Shown: piece by piece, positions 55,224-64,000 of the stretch
How positions within the stretch are numbered: the first letter of the stretch is position 1
Layout: each line of letters begins with the position of its first letter
Assembly (NCBI GenBank): GCA_964522375.1
Contig: CAZFVB010000003.1
Location: 14,608-78,607 of the forward strand
Direction: 5' to 3'
DNA from: an uncultured Chloroflexota bacterium
Lineage (GTDB): Bacteria > Chloroflexota > UBA11872
DNA: 64,000 nt
The notes under the pieces: generated by a model
Seen by the model: the letters and a program-made list of their open reading frames with translations, nothing else
Told to the model about the DNA's origin: nothing
Database searches by the model: none
Translations under genes and position numbers: made by a program

Positions 55224-58219
55224 TCCTGATTGAACGGCTACTTGTTCACCAGATAGGAGCCATCAAAAACGTCGATCTTCGATTTGCGGCTATGGGAACT
55301 CACATATTGCGTACATCTGTCGAGGAAGCGCTCGGCATTCGAGAAGCTCTTCGTTTCGCTCTTTTCGGAGATTCGGCCATACCATCTGATCGTCGTCCGG
55401 GTGGATACGCTGCCCTTTCAATAGTCGTCGGCGGCATTACCTACATCATCGAGCGACAAATAGGTGACGACCGCATGGTCACAACTAGACTCGGTCGATC
55501 CGGACCTAAAGGACTGGTTCAAATCACAGAGGCCTCTCGAATCGATAGAGAACTCGACAACATCCTAGGCCCCAACATCACCGCGTTCGAAAGCCTGATT
55601 TGGCCCATTGGAAATTTTGATAAAACCGCCAGGCGGTTACCTGATGTTATGCGAGCTTGGCTTGGCACACGCCGCATGCACCTCTTGGATGCACATGTCG
55701 AGATAAGCCCGGACATGAAAGAAACAGAAAAGGCGGCCAAGCTTCACCTCCGACTTGCAGAAATCGCCCAAGACCATAAAGAAACATCTCAGATAGTTAA
55801 GGATTTGGATTTGGCGCTTAAACGCGATCGCGTTTGGCGTGCGATACAGCAGGTCGAAAAAGCTGACCAACTTATAACCTCATCTCGCGAAACCCACACC
55901 GATATGGAGATCCTAGCCAAGAAGTTTTCCCACCTATTGGACGATGCCGCTAGATCGCTCGAGGTCATGCAACTATTCCGACATCGTGATGCAGCAATTT
56001 CCCGCGTAAAGTCGGCCCAGTCACGACAATCGGGTCATGAACGAAAACTATCCGAATTACATAAGCTCAAACTCACTGTATCCGAGCTTGAACGCAAACT
56101 TGACACGCTTGATCGAATTTTGGCGGCTTATACACGATCCGAAAACTCTGCGGCGGCGGCGAAAAAAGCTCGGGAACAAATAGATTCGATTAGCAAGGAA
56201 CTCAACGCCCTGGAATCTACACGAAATGACCTCAGGCTAGAGCGCCGACGTCTTGATCGCCTGTCACTTGATGCCACCCGAGCCCAAACTTTGACCGGAC
56301 GTGCGCATGAAGAAGTACATCAACCGAATGCCACTAGGCTCTGGGATCTGTGGGTCAAATCAACCTCGGAGATAGACGCCCTAAACGCCATCGATGAACA
56401 GGAATTAGCCCACAACCAGGAACTCAACCAAGTAATCGTAAGGATTCGCGATGCCGACCGCAGCAGTCGAAGCAGAGCGCAGCAGCGAGGGCTAGCAACG
56501 GTCGGGACCATCGTGGGAACTGCTATAGCCGGGCTAGGTCTAGGTATCGCAGCTCCCCTTGTTCCAGTCGGATTGCTTGTCGGAATCCTTTCAACGACCA
56601 CTGGGTTGTGGCTGAACATCTCACACGGCTCTCTAAAGACACGCCGAAGCGGGTTGATTGGTCGCCGATCACAACTTCAATATGCGTTACGAAAAATTGA
56701 TCATGGCAAAGCTGCTCGCATTAATGCCCGGCAATCGCAAGGTCAGGCCGTTTCGGCTCTACGAGAGATAGATATGGAAGTACCCTCAAGCATTGAGCGT
56801 GCGATGACACTTCGTGACAGTGCAACCGCCCGTCTTAGAAAATTTTCGCTTGGTGACGAACGTCGCGACGCCGACGAACTCAAAGCCGCCTACTCTTCAG
56901 CCGCTAGCGCGTTAAGCGATGCTCAAAACGAGGTTCTGCGTCTCGAGGCCCGTGAAGAGGCACTAACCGATAGGCAAATTGAATACCAACGAACCGTCAT
57001 CACAGCTGACCTAAAAACTCAACTGGAAAAATCGGCTGAAGCCCAGCACGAAATTGAAAGCCTCGCAGGCAGCTTGTCCCTTAAGAAATCCCGTGAGGTT
57101 GCGCAAGCAGCCCAGATAAAGACCACGCAGAATCTCCACAAGCTCCGAGACACCATTAACACGCAGGCAGAGCTTGAGTTGGACAGGCAAGTCTCAGTTC
57201 GAGATCAAACTCGAGCGACTTCTGAAGTCGTTCGAATAGAAGAGATGATTGGGCCCCGTCATATGCAACTCGAACGCAACATGACCGGTGAAAGCGCCAG
57301 ACGTGACCGAGCCACAATCTTGGCTGAGTTTGTCGCGAGCCTTGGGGAGATTGGCTCGAAAAGGTCACTCGCGACGGCTCACGCAGCTTCCATTCGCGAA
57401 AGATCCGCACGCTCTGCATTTCAACGACACACTACAGACCTAGCGAATTCTTTGCGTTCGCTCGGTGTCGAGACCAGAATGGACCCCACCAGCGCTGAAG
57501 CCCGTGCGGCAGTACCCACACCGACCGATCAGCCTGCGAACTTACAGGACATCCGAACATCGCTTCGACGAGCCAGGGAATCCGCTAAGAAAACTGAAAA
57601 ACAGCTTCAGACACTGGAGTTGCGCACGGGAATCGACAGCTCCGATATAAATAGTCAGGATGCAAAACGTCGCCTCACGGACATCGTTCTTGCCAGACGA
57701 GCGAAAGAAATAGGGCAAGTCCTCACCTCCAAGGCGCTCACAAAAACACTTGCTGGAATCCCAGCCGCAGTTGAGCACACGTATCGAGCGGCGCTACCGC
57801 TAGTAACCAACGGTCACTTTTGGGATGTCCGATTAGACAGCGACTTCGCTGTAGAACTTTGGGACAGCTCAAGAAACATCTGGCTATCACTCGACGAACT
57901 CGACGATGACCAAAAATGTCGAGCGGAATGCACCCTTGCTCTTTCGTTCGCCTCTGCGGCCCCACCATTGGATGCCACCGACCTTCCAGCCTTTCTATGG
58001 CTTGAGCAAAATGAAAGTGATCACGATGGATCTTTAGTTACAGCGTTGGCAAATACCGCCTGCCAAGGAGAAACGGCCCGGAGATATCGGCAACTTATTG
58101 TGGTGCTAAGACCAGATATGACATTGCAGCCACATTTTGAATATGTCTCACAGGTAGCTACCAAGACAAACCGGATTGACCTTCATAATACGATTTCACA
58201 TATGCGGCAGGCAGGCTAG
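55220..58219 (+). CDS. SbcC/Rad50-like coiled-coil SMC-type protein with degenerate ATPase motifs (predicted ATPase-dead)
   Basis: N-terminus MILIERLLVHQIGAIKNVDLRFAAMGTHILRTSVEEALGIREALRFALFG aligns to the SbcC head (MKI..L.L.NF....I.F..GL.LI.GPNGSGKSSI.DAI.FALYG) with the P-loop replaced by RTSVEEAL. ~800 aa of heptad-rich coiled coil follow. In the C-terminal head, LSLDELDDDQK stands in place of LSGGE and ..AFLWLEQNESDHD.. in place of Walker B ..LFLDEGFG.. Confidence 0.55.
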   Translation: MILIERLLVHQIGAIKNVDLRFAAMGTHILRTSVEEALGIREALRFALFGDSAIPSDRRPGGYAALSIVVGGITYIIERQIGDDRMVTTRLGRSGPKGLVQITEASRIDRELDNILGPNITAFESLIWPIGNFDKTARRLPDVMRAWLGTRRMHLLDAHVEISPDMKETEKAAKLHLRLAEIAQDHKETSQIVKDLDLALKRDRVWRAIQQVEKADQLITSSRETHTDMEILAKKFSHLLDDAARSLEVMQLFRHRDAAISRVKSAQSRQSGHERKLSELHKLKLTVSELERKLDTLDRILAAYTRSENSAAAAKKAREQIDSISKELNALESTRNDLRLERRRLDRLSLDATRAQTLTGRAHEEVHQPNATRLWDLWVKSTSEIDALNAIDEQELAHNQELNQVIVRIRDADRSSRSRAQQRGLATVGTIVGTAIAGLGLGIAAPLVPVGLLVGILSTTTGLWLNISHGSLKTRRSGLIGRRSQLQYALRKIDHGKAARINARQSQGQAVSALREIDMEVPSSIERAMTLRDSATARLRKFSLGDERRDADELKAAYSSAASALSDAQNEVLRLEAREEALTDRQIEYQRTVITADLKTQLEKSAEAQHEIESLAGSLSLKKSREVAQAAQIKTTQNLHKLRDTINTQAELELDRQVSVRDQTRATSEVVRIEEMIGPRHMQLERNMTGESARRDRATILAEFVASLGEIGSKRSLATAHAASIRERSARSAFQRHTTDLANSLRSLGVETRMDPTSAEARAAVPTPTDQPANLQDIRTSLRRARESAKKTEKQLQTLELRTGIDSSDINSQDAKRRLTDIVLARRAKEIGQVLTSKALTKTLAGIPAAVEHTYRAALPLVTNGHFWDVRLDSDFAVELWDSSRNIWLSLDELDDDQKCRAECTLALSFASAAPPLDATDLPAFLWLEQNESDHDGSLVTALANTACQGETARRYRQLIVVLRPDMTLQPHFEYVSQVATKTNRIDLHNTISHMRQAG

Positions 58220-58222
58220 GAC

Positions 58223-58714
58223 ATGACCCCAATAGCCACCGAAAAATCTACTGACCGAGAAAACAGCCAGTTGACACTTGACCTTAAAGAGCCCGTAGCA
58301 CAAGCGTATCGGCCCTCAAATCCTCCCCCTAAAGAACATATAAATTTCAGCCTTTTTCTCGCAAGAATATGTGTCTTCGGTGCGCTCGGCTGCGTCGGAT
58401 TACTCGCTTATCTGGTAGTAATTACTAACCCGACCACAAACACCAACGTACTCGCTGTACTTACGACCATATTTTTTGGAGTGTTCTTCTCGTCATGGTC
58501 ATTCGAACACTGGGCTCTTAGCGCCGATGAGAATGCACAAAAACAGCAGCTTTCCACGTGGTCTGTAACCAGGCACGCCTTACTTGTCGCTGTAAGCGTA
58601 TCGACTCTCGCAGGAGCCGCCCTAAATGGCAGCGCAAGTTTCGGCCTCATTGTGTTGCTGATATTCACCGCGGCAATTGGGAACCATGTGCTTCGCCGAG
58701 TGAGGGTCCGATAA
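58223..58714 (+). CDS. Small membrane protein (3 predicted TM), hypothetical
   Basis: 163 aa with a polar N-terminal 45 aa, then hydrophobic segments (..LFLARICVFGALGCVGLLAYLVVI.. etc.). Starts 4 nt after the SbcC-like gene. Confidence 0.4.
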   Translation: MTPIATEKSTDRENSQLTLDLKEPVAQAYRPSNPPPKEHINFSLFLARICVFGALGCVGLLAYLVVITNPTTNTNVLAVLTTIFFGVFFSSWSFEHWALSADENAQKQQLSTWSVTRHALLVAVSVSTLAGAALNGSASFGLIVLLIFTAAIGNHVLRRVRVR

Positions 58715-58720
58715 CAATCG

Positions 58721-59494
58721 ATGGAAGAACCCGTTCATGACCCTTACGCCTCGATAGCAAAACTCTACGAAGCAGAACACCAGCATTGGTTAGAAGATAT
58801 AGAAATGTATCGTGCTCTCTCGGCTCGAGCGGGAAGTCCGGTACTAGAACTTGGATGCGGATCAGGTCGAGTAATACTTCCCTTAGCTGAAGATGCTTAC
58901 GAAGCGCACGGTATCGACATATGCGAGCCGCTCCTGAGAATTGCCGCTGAAAAAGCTAAGCGCAAAGGAATCCCTGTCCTCCTCACCCAAAAAGACATGC
59001 GGGCCTTCTCTAGCCCCTCCAAATTTCGTCTAGTGTTCTGTGCCCTAGACTCCCTGCTTCATCTGCCTCAATACGAAGATCTCTTGTCGATGCTTACCTC
59101 AGCCTTTAACGCACTTGTTCCAGGTGGGTTTTTCGCTCTCGATGTCGTGAATCCGACCCCCGACTTACTTGCCCAAGGAGACGGACTCGTTCGAAGACAA
59201 TCCTCATTCATTGGACCATCAGGAACCAACGTTACTCACTTTGTCGCATGGGACATAGATCCAAACATCCAAACAATTAAGAGTCATCACTTTTATGATT
59301 GGATAAGCAGTAATGATCAGATGAATCGGCGTACAGCTTCAATATGCCTGCGATATTGGACTAAAGATCAGATTAAAGAAGCCCTCAATGCCACGGGGTT
59401 CACATCACCTGAACTATACGGATCTGTACAACTAGATACGTTTGAGCTGGACAGTGAACGGATGATTTTCGTCACCACCCGTCCTACTGCCTAA
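58721..59494 (+). CDS. Class I SAM-dependent methyltransferase
   Basis: Motif I ..VLELGCGSGRV.. and post-I acidic residue (..AHGIDICE..). 257 aa, 7 nt after the membrane gene. Confidence 0.75.
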   Translation: MEEPVHDPYASIAKLYEAEHQHWLEDIEMYRALSARAGSPVLELGCGSGRVILPLAEDAYEAHGIDICEPLLRIAAEKAKRKGIPVLLTQKDMRAFSSPSKFRLVFCALDSLLHLPQYEDLLSMLTSAFNALVPGGFFALDVVNPTPDLLAQGDGLVRRQSSFIGPSGTNVTHFVAWDIDPNIQTIKSHHFYDWISSNDQMNRRTASICLRYWTKDQIKEALNATGFTSPELYGSVQLDTFELDSERMIFVTTRPTA

Positions 59495-59623
59495 ACAATA
59501 GAGCGGGCTGAAGCACGATGCCGTCCCGCCACATACCTGCAGCCGCCGCAACCGAGCCCCTTCAGCACAAGCACGTTAAAATCATTTCGGAAATCCGACG
59601 CAGGTAGTAAAACAAACCCATCC

Positions 59624-60811
59624 ATGTCCAACACCCGATACCCACAACTTGCCAGCACGATGAGTCGGCTAGGAACAGAAACTGCCTTTTCGGTCCTCGC
59701 ACGCGCAAAAGAACTCGAACGCACCGGGAAACACATAATTCATCTTGAAATCGGTGAGCCGGATTTCGATACACCTCCAAACATCGTAGAAGCTGCAAAA
59801 CGAGCGCTAGACCAAGGATTTACCAGCTACGTGCCATCTGCGGGGATCCTGGAAGCTCGAGAGTCGATAGCTCAGGAAGTCTCCGAAACTCGTGGCGTCG
59901 ATATTTCAGCAGACCAGGTAGTAATCACACCAGGCGCAAAACCAATCATGTTTTTCGGAATTACTGCCTTGTGTGAGCCCGGGGACGAAGTGCTTTATCC
60001 AGACCCAGGATTTCCAATTTACGAATCAATGATTAGATTTGTCGGCGCAAAGCCAGTGCCGCTGAGCCTCCGTGCAGAAAATCAATTCCGCTTAGACATC
60101 GACGAGCTTGCATCGAAAATCTCGGAGCGAACCAAACTTGTCATCATTAATTCCCCCCAAAACCCCACAGGTGGGATGCTGACACCAGACGACATCGACC
60201 GTGTCGCAGCGCTTCTGGCCGAACGATCCCTGTACGTGCTCAGCGACGAAATATATGGGCGAATAGTCTATGGAGAAACAGAACAAACATCGATCGTCTC
60301 CCGACCAGGTATGGCTGAAAAGACAATCATCCTCGACGGCTTTTCAAAAACATACGCGATGACAGGATGGCGCCTAGGCTACGGAGTCATGAATACTGAA
60401 CTAGCCTCTGCCATCGCCCAACTACAGACAAACAGTACGAGTTGCACAGCTGCATTTGTACAAATGGCTGGCATTGAAGCCCTCACAGGCCCGCAGAACG
60501 AGGTTGACGTATTTGTAAATGAATTCCGACACCGACGAAATGTGCTTGTCGACGGACTCAACAGTATCGAAGGCGTTACTTGCCAAAAACCCGCCGGCGC
60601 CTTCTACGTTTTTCCTCAATTGCAGGGGTTTCGCTTCTCGGCCGACGAGATCGCGACCCGCCTTCTTGAAGACGCCGGGGTAGCCGTGTTATCTGGCACC
60701 GCCTTCGGAGCAGTGGGTTCCGATTCGCTGCGGCTATCTTTCGCCAACTCAGTAGAGAATCTCGAACAAGCCATCAACCGAATAAAAGAGCTTCTCGACC
60801 AGCTTCGTTAG
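59624..60811 (+). CDS. Class I/II pyridoxal-phosphate-dependent aminotransferase (aspartate/aromatic aminotransferase-like)
   Basis: ..IINSPQNPTGGMLT.., PLP-lysine region ..ILDGFSKTYAMTGWRLGY... 395 aa. Confidence 0.85.
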   Translation: MSNTRYPQLASTMSRLGTETAFSVLARAKELERTGKHIIHLEIGEPDFDTPPNIVEAAKRALDQGFTSYVPSAGILEARESIAQEVSETRGVDISADQVVITPGAKPIMFFGITALCEPGDEVLYPDPGFPIYESMIRFVGAKPVPLSLRAENQFRLDIDELASKISERTKLVIINSPQNPTGGMLTPDDIDRVAALLAERSLYVLSDEIYGRIVYGETEQTSIVSRPGMAEKTIILDGFSKTYAMTGWRLGYGVMNTELASAIAQLQTNSTSCTAAFVQMAGIEALTGPQNEVDVFVNEFRHRRNVLVDGLNSIEGVTCQKPAGAFYVFPQLQGFRFSADEIATRLLEDAGVAVLSGTAFGAVGSDSLRLSFANSVENLEQAINRIKELLDQLR

Positions 60812-61155
60812 AGAGGTTCTACCCTGTCAACATCCAGCATTAAGACGGTGGCCCCACCAACCTGAATCTCAAAAGGAAAAGGGAAACCCTCTTCTTGCAT
60901 GTCCTGCTGCTGAGGCTGATTGGCTATCTGGACGCGAGTCGTGGCATTACGACGAAAATACCCGAGCAACTCACCCAGCCTTCGTTCTTCAACACCCACC
61001 ATGAAGGTAACGTTACCCTCCCGAAGAAACCCTCCAGCTGTTTCAATTCGGGTAAATCGGAAGCCCTGTTCCACCAACGTCTCAGCCACACCTTCAGCAT
61101 CAGCACTCTGCACGACACCAAAAAACAGCTTTACCTTGTCGTTACGTGTATCCAA
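60808..61155 (-). CDS. darA: PII-like cyclic-di-AMP receptor DarA (YaaQ/PstA family)
   Basis: ..GFRFTRIETAGGFLREGNVTFMVGVEE.. and ..FEIQVGGATVLMLDVDRVE.. match the DarA/YaaQ pattern (..T.L.TTGGFLR.GNTTF..G..). Immediately downstream of tmk, as in Firmicutes. Confidence 0.7.
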   Translation of the reverse strand: MDTRNDKVKLFFGVVQSADAEGVAETLVEQGFRFTRIETAGGFLREGNVTFMVGVEERRLGELLGYFRRNATTRVQIANQPQQQDMQEEGFPFPFEIQVGGATVLMLDVDRVEPL

Positions 61156-61174
61156 ACTACGCCGCCTCCGACAC

Positions 61175-61888
61175 TCAGGTTGCGTCCATAGGAAAAGAAC
61201 GCTGTACTAAACCAGTTGACTGCCGCAATTCACGACTGTCAATCAACACACCTACCCGATCAAGGATGTCAGAAGCGATCATTGCAAGCGGAGCATTCGC
61301 ATCAGCCACCAGCCATTGCTCCATATTCTCTCGCGCCTGACTCAGGAAGGATTCCCGAACCCTCTCATGAAAATCTATTCCGTGCCAATTAATACCTCCG
61401 GCCTTCTCCCAATCAGTATCTCGGTGACTAAAACTCCGCTTAAGACCATCCTGCACGTCTAAATCAAGCAGCACCGTAAGATCCGGACGCACACCATCCG
61501 TCGAAAACTCTCCAATTCTCTCAATATCCCTTCGAGACATCCTAAATCCTGCCCCTTGATAGGCCTGAGTCGATCCAGTGAAGCGATCGCAAATAACCAC
61601 TCCACCTCGGTCTAGCTGTGGCCGGATTCTCTGGGAAACATGTTGCGCACGTGCAGCCGACACCAGTAACACCTGTACACGAGGATCTACCGTCTGCATT
61701 TCCTGCTCATTAAGAAGCAGCCGTCGAACTCGCTCGCCCAGGGGCGTGCCTCCAGGCTCGCGAGTGACATCCACATCTAGACCACGCCGTCGCAACGAAT
61801 CTGAGAGCAGCTGCGTTTGCGTTGTCTTACCGGCGCCCTCAGCACCTTCGAAAACGATAAACAGACCCTTCTGAAGATCGACGCTCAT
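61175..61888 (-). CDS. tmk: Thymidylate kinase
   Basis: P-loop ..FIVFEGAEGAGKTTQ.. and DRF-like region (..VICDRFTGSTQAYQG..). Confidence 0.9.
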   Translation of the reverse strand: MSVDLQKGLFIVFEGAEGAGKTTQTQLLSDSLRRRGLDVDVTREPGGTPLGERVRRLLLNEQEMQTVDPRVQVLLVSAARAQHVSQRIRPQLDRGGVVICDRFTGSTQAYQGAGFRMSRRDIERIGEFSTDGVRPDLTVLLDLDVQDGLKRSFSHRDTDWEKAGGINWHGIDFHERVRESFLSQARENMEQWLVADANAPLAMIASDILDRVGVLIDSRELRQSTGLVQRSFPMDAT

Positions 61889-63372
61889 TCCTGAACACCT
61901 GTGTCGGTCAGCACCCGCAAATGTTGTCGAACAACACTATTGTTATGGACTCCGCCAAGAAAACCAGACCCATCCGTCGCAGATTGGTTACTCTCTGAAT
62001 CGATTAAGGTGCTCAAACAGGCCTCCATCTGAACAACAGTGTTGTTTCTCAGCACATATACCGGGACACCACGAGCTTCCGCATCTCGCAGAATGCGTGG
62101 ACGTTTCCGGTGAAAACTCCGAGACGTGACCACGACATCTGCCTGAGCCAAGTGTCGAACTAGCCGGACCTCATCAGTCCTTGTGTTGCCAATCGCGTTT
62201 TCAAAACGACTGCGACTAATGCCGAACGTGAGAATATGCAACCGACCATGTTGACGCCCCGAATCAATCCCATCCGCATGCTCAGAGATCGGATCGACTG
62301 AGCCAGCACGAGCCTCTGCATTAATATCGCGCACCACACGACCATCATCCAAACGAACACGAGACTCAGCACGCACACTGGATCCACGCAAAATGCCATC
62401 AACTGCGCTCGAAACGTTGTGATGAATCACAAACGTATCTCGCGAATGCAATTCAATGAGAGTCTCGAACGTTGGCGTCGATCGTCGCTCTAACACCGTC
62501 TTCTGAGTCTGTCGGCGTCGCGCTTCATCGTCCCCTAAAGTCACTGACTCAACGCCGCCAACCAGATCGCTCAGCAGAGGATTTAAGAGAACATTGTCGA
62601 GCGTCTGACCATGGGCGGTCCCGATTAACCGGACCCCTCGTTCTGCAATTGTTCGAGCAGCGTTGGCCTCAAGTTCTGTGCCAATTTCGTCCACCACAAT
62701 CACTTCTGGCATATGGTTCTCGACAGCTTCAATCATGACCTGATGCTGGCGGTTTGGAGCAGACACCTGCATTCGACGCGCCCTACCAATCCCGGGATGG
62801 GGAACGTCCCCGTCACCACCAATCTCATTCGATGTATCCACAATAACGACCCGCTTACGATGTTGCTCGCTAAGCACCCGGGCCATCTCGCGAAGCATTG
62901 TGGTCTTCCCCACACCTGGAGGACCTAACAGCAATAAACTTTGGACCCCAGCGACAATATCTCTCACGATCGCTGTCGTGCCTCGCATTGCCCGACCACG
63001 TCTAACTGTAAGTCCCACGATGCGACCTGATCGGTTTCGTATCGCCGAAAATCGGTGAAGTGTCCCTGGCACACCTGCCCGATTGTCTGCCGTAAACTCC
63101 CCAATCGAAGAAACCACGGCTTCTATTTCAGAACTCTGAATTTGACCCGAAAGGACAGGTTCTGATCCGTCACTTAGCCGAACCTCCGGTGGACGCCCAA
63201 GATCAAACACGAGTTCAACCATCTCGTTCCACCGGGGTAGCGCCAGCAACTCCTCTCGAATATTCCTAGGCAACGCAACAAGAAGAGCGTTGAGTTCGGC
63301 CTCGTCTCCATCCGCTATCTGCGGTGTCGGAACTACCTCCGGAGGTGCAGATACATCCCTGATTTCTTGCAT
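61885..63372 (-). CDS. SpoIIIAA/Ycf45-like AAA ATPase with C-terminal nucleic-acid-binding (R3H-like) region
   Basis: Walker A ..LLLGPPGVGKTTMLRE.. and Walker B ..VIVVDEIGTELEA... 495 aa. Overlaps the tmk start by 4 nt. Confidence 0.55.
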   Translation of the reverse strand: MQEIRDVSAPPEVVPTPQIADGDEAELNALLVALPRNIREELLALPRWNEMVELVFDLGRPPEVRLSDGSEPVLSGQIQSSEIEAVVSSIGEFTADNRAGVPGTLHRFSAIRNRSGRIVGLTVRRGRAMRGTTAIVRDIVAGVQSLLLLGPPGVGKTTMLREMARVLSEQHRKRVVIVDTSNEIGGDGDVPHPGIGRARRMQVSAPNRQHQVMIEAVENHMPEVIVVDEIGTELEANAARTIAERGVRLIGTAHGQTLDNVLLNPLLSDLVGGVESVTLGDDEARRRQTQKTVLERRSTPTFETLIELHSRDTFVIHHNVSSAVDGILRGSSVRAESRVRLDDGRVVRDINAEARAGSVDPISEHADGIDSGRQHGRLHILTFGISRSRFENAIGNTRTDEVRLVRHLAQADVVVTSRSFHRKRPRILRDAEARGVPVYVLRNNTVVQMEACLSTLIDSESNQSATDGSGFLGGVHNNSVVRQHLRVLTDTGVQE

Positions 63373-63380
63373 GTCGAGGG

Positions 63381-63989
63381 TTAACTCGTTACCCGGTCAA
63401 ACACCTGAGCAGGCGATCCCGCATGTACTCGCACCGCCATTTGGTGAACCATCAACTCACGCGTATCCGTGAGATTGAACCCTTCGAACTCTACAGCCCG
63501 CCGCAAGACGTCATCGTGTGACCGAACCATGATCCGCGTTGGGATCGAGGCACCTTGCGTAAGTCTCCAAAGAGCAAATCGAATGAGGGGAGAAGCGGAA
63601 GACGAATTTCGAGGATGGAGCATTAAGCTTATTGTGTGACAGCCATGATTCGCAGCCGTTACTCGAACCCATGCGTCGAGCCCACGTCCCTCGCTGCTCC
63701 CAATGACAAACTCCCGGGACCTCCTCGATAGCCAAGAGTCGAAAACATGGTCTTGAAAACCACCGGCAAGTTTGGCATCAGGAAAATCCGCTAACTGCAC
63801 CGCAGCCGGGGTGACCGCTCTGTACAGCTGTGAAACATCCCATGCATCGGCTGCCTCCATCGATCTAAGGCCCTCAATTACGTGAGGAACACCCATAGGC
63901 CTGGGGTTCCTCACATACACATCCTCTCGAACCGCAACTACAAACCCAAGGCCTTGAAAAGTGTGAACGAAAGGACTATCGATAGCCAA
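63381..63989 (-). CDS. Hypothetical protein
   Basis: 202-aa ORF with protein-like composition and no recognisable family. Its start lies near the window end. Confidence 0.3.
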   Translation of the reverse strand: MAIDSPFVHTFQGLGFVVAVREDVYVRNPRPMGVPHVIEGLRSMEAADAWDVSQLYRAVTPAAVQLADFPDAKLAGGFQDHVFDSWLSRRSREFVIGSSEGRGLDAWVRVTAANHGCHTISLMLHPRNSSSASPLIRFALWRLTQGASIPTRIMVRSHDDVLRRAVEFEGFNLTDTRELMVHQMAVRVHAGSPAQVFDRVTS

Positions 63990-64000
63990 TCGAACAAAAA

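Noticed and set aside
1-64000. Search for mobile elements (transposase, integrase, recombinase, phage genes) and CRISPR/cas
   Set aside because: No ORF shows DDE-transposase, tyrosine/serine recombinase or cas-like motifs, and no regularly spaced direct repeats were seen. The unusual modules therefore cannot be attributed to an obvious mobile element within this window.

Overview
The window is high-GC bacterial chromosome. Based on the gene families present it is most plausibly from a monoderm lineage (Chloroflexi/Thermomicrobia-like or actinobacterial), though that cannot be verified from sequence alone. It is gene-dense with no rRNA, no convincing tRNA, and no CRISPR or transposase/integrase. 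The left ~35 kb is accessory metabolism. A long plus-strand putative operon at 2076-14638 links an M24 creatinase-like peptidase, an Asp/Glu-racemase-like protein, a complete Dpp/Opp-type ABC importer, a tiny membrane protein, a TIM-barrel sugar isomerase, a Gfo/Idh/MocA oxidoreductase, a PhyH dioxygenase and a cupin. Next comes a minus-strand glycoside-processing array (14646-23203): GH32, a PLP-dependent decarboxylase, an unassigned beta-propeller hydrolase-like protein, an N,N-dimethylformamidase-large-subunit-like protein, and a DUF2961/GH172-like protein. This is followed by a YfhO-like membrane protein, two hypothetical genes with a duplicated 3' junction, assorted redox enzymes, and a frameshifted PL22-like lyase. 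The right half holds housekeeping genes (uvrB, lepA, murJ, lexA, tmk, darA, a SpoIIIAA/Ycf45-like ATPase, an aminotransferase). Two unusual modules sit among them. (i) A GH57-AKR-GT4 block runs directly into a tandem-AAA_5 MoxR-class ATPase, a VWA (MIDAS) protein and a polytopic membrane protein. (ii) A lexA-headed operon encodes a TPR protein, a calcineurin-fold SbcD-like protein with all metal-ligand motifs mutated, a 999-aa SbcC/Rad50-like coiled-coil protein whose Walker A, signature and Walker B motifs are all replaced, a small membrane protein and a SAM methyltransferase. The lexA-linked catalytically dead SbcCD-like pair is the best candidate for an undescribed system. The tandem-AAA_5/VWA module is second. 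I also flag several palindromic candidate operators, a terminator/attenuator inside the dpp operon, near-identical repeat-encoding linkers shared by two lipoprotein SBP genes, and a 49-codon signal-peptide-like ORF in a convergent gap.
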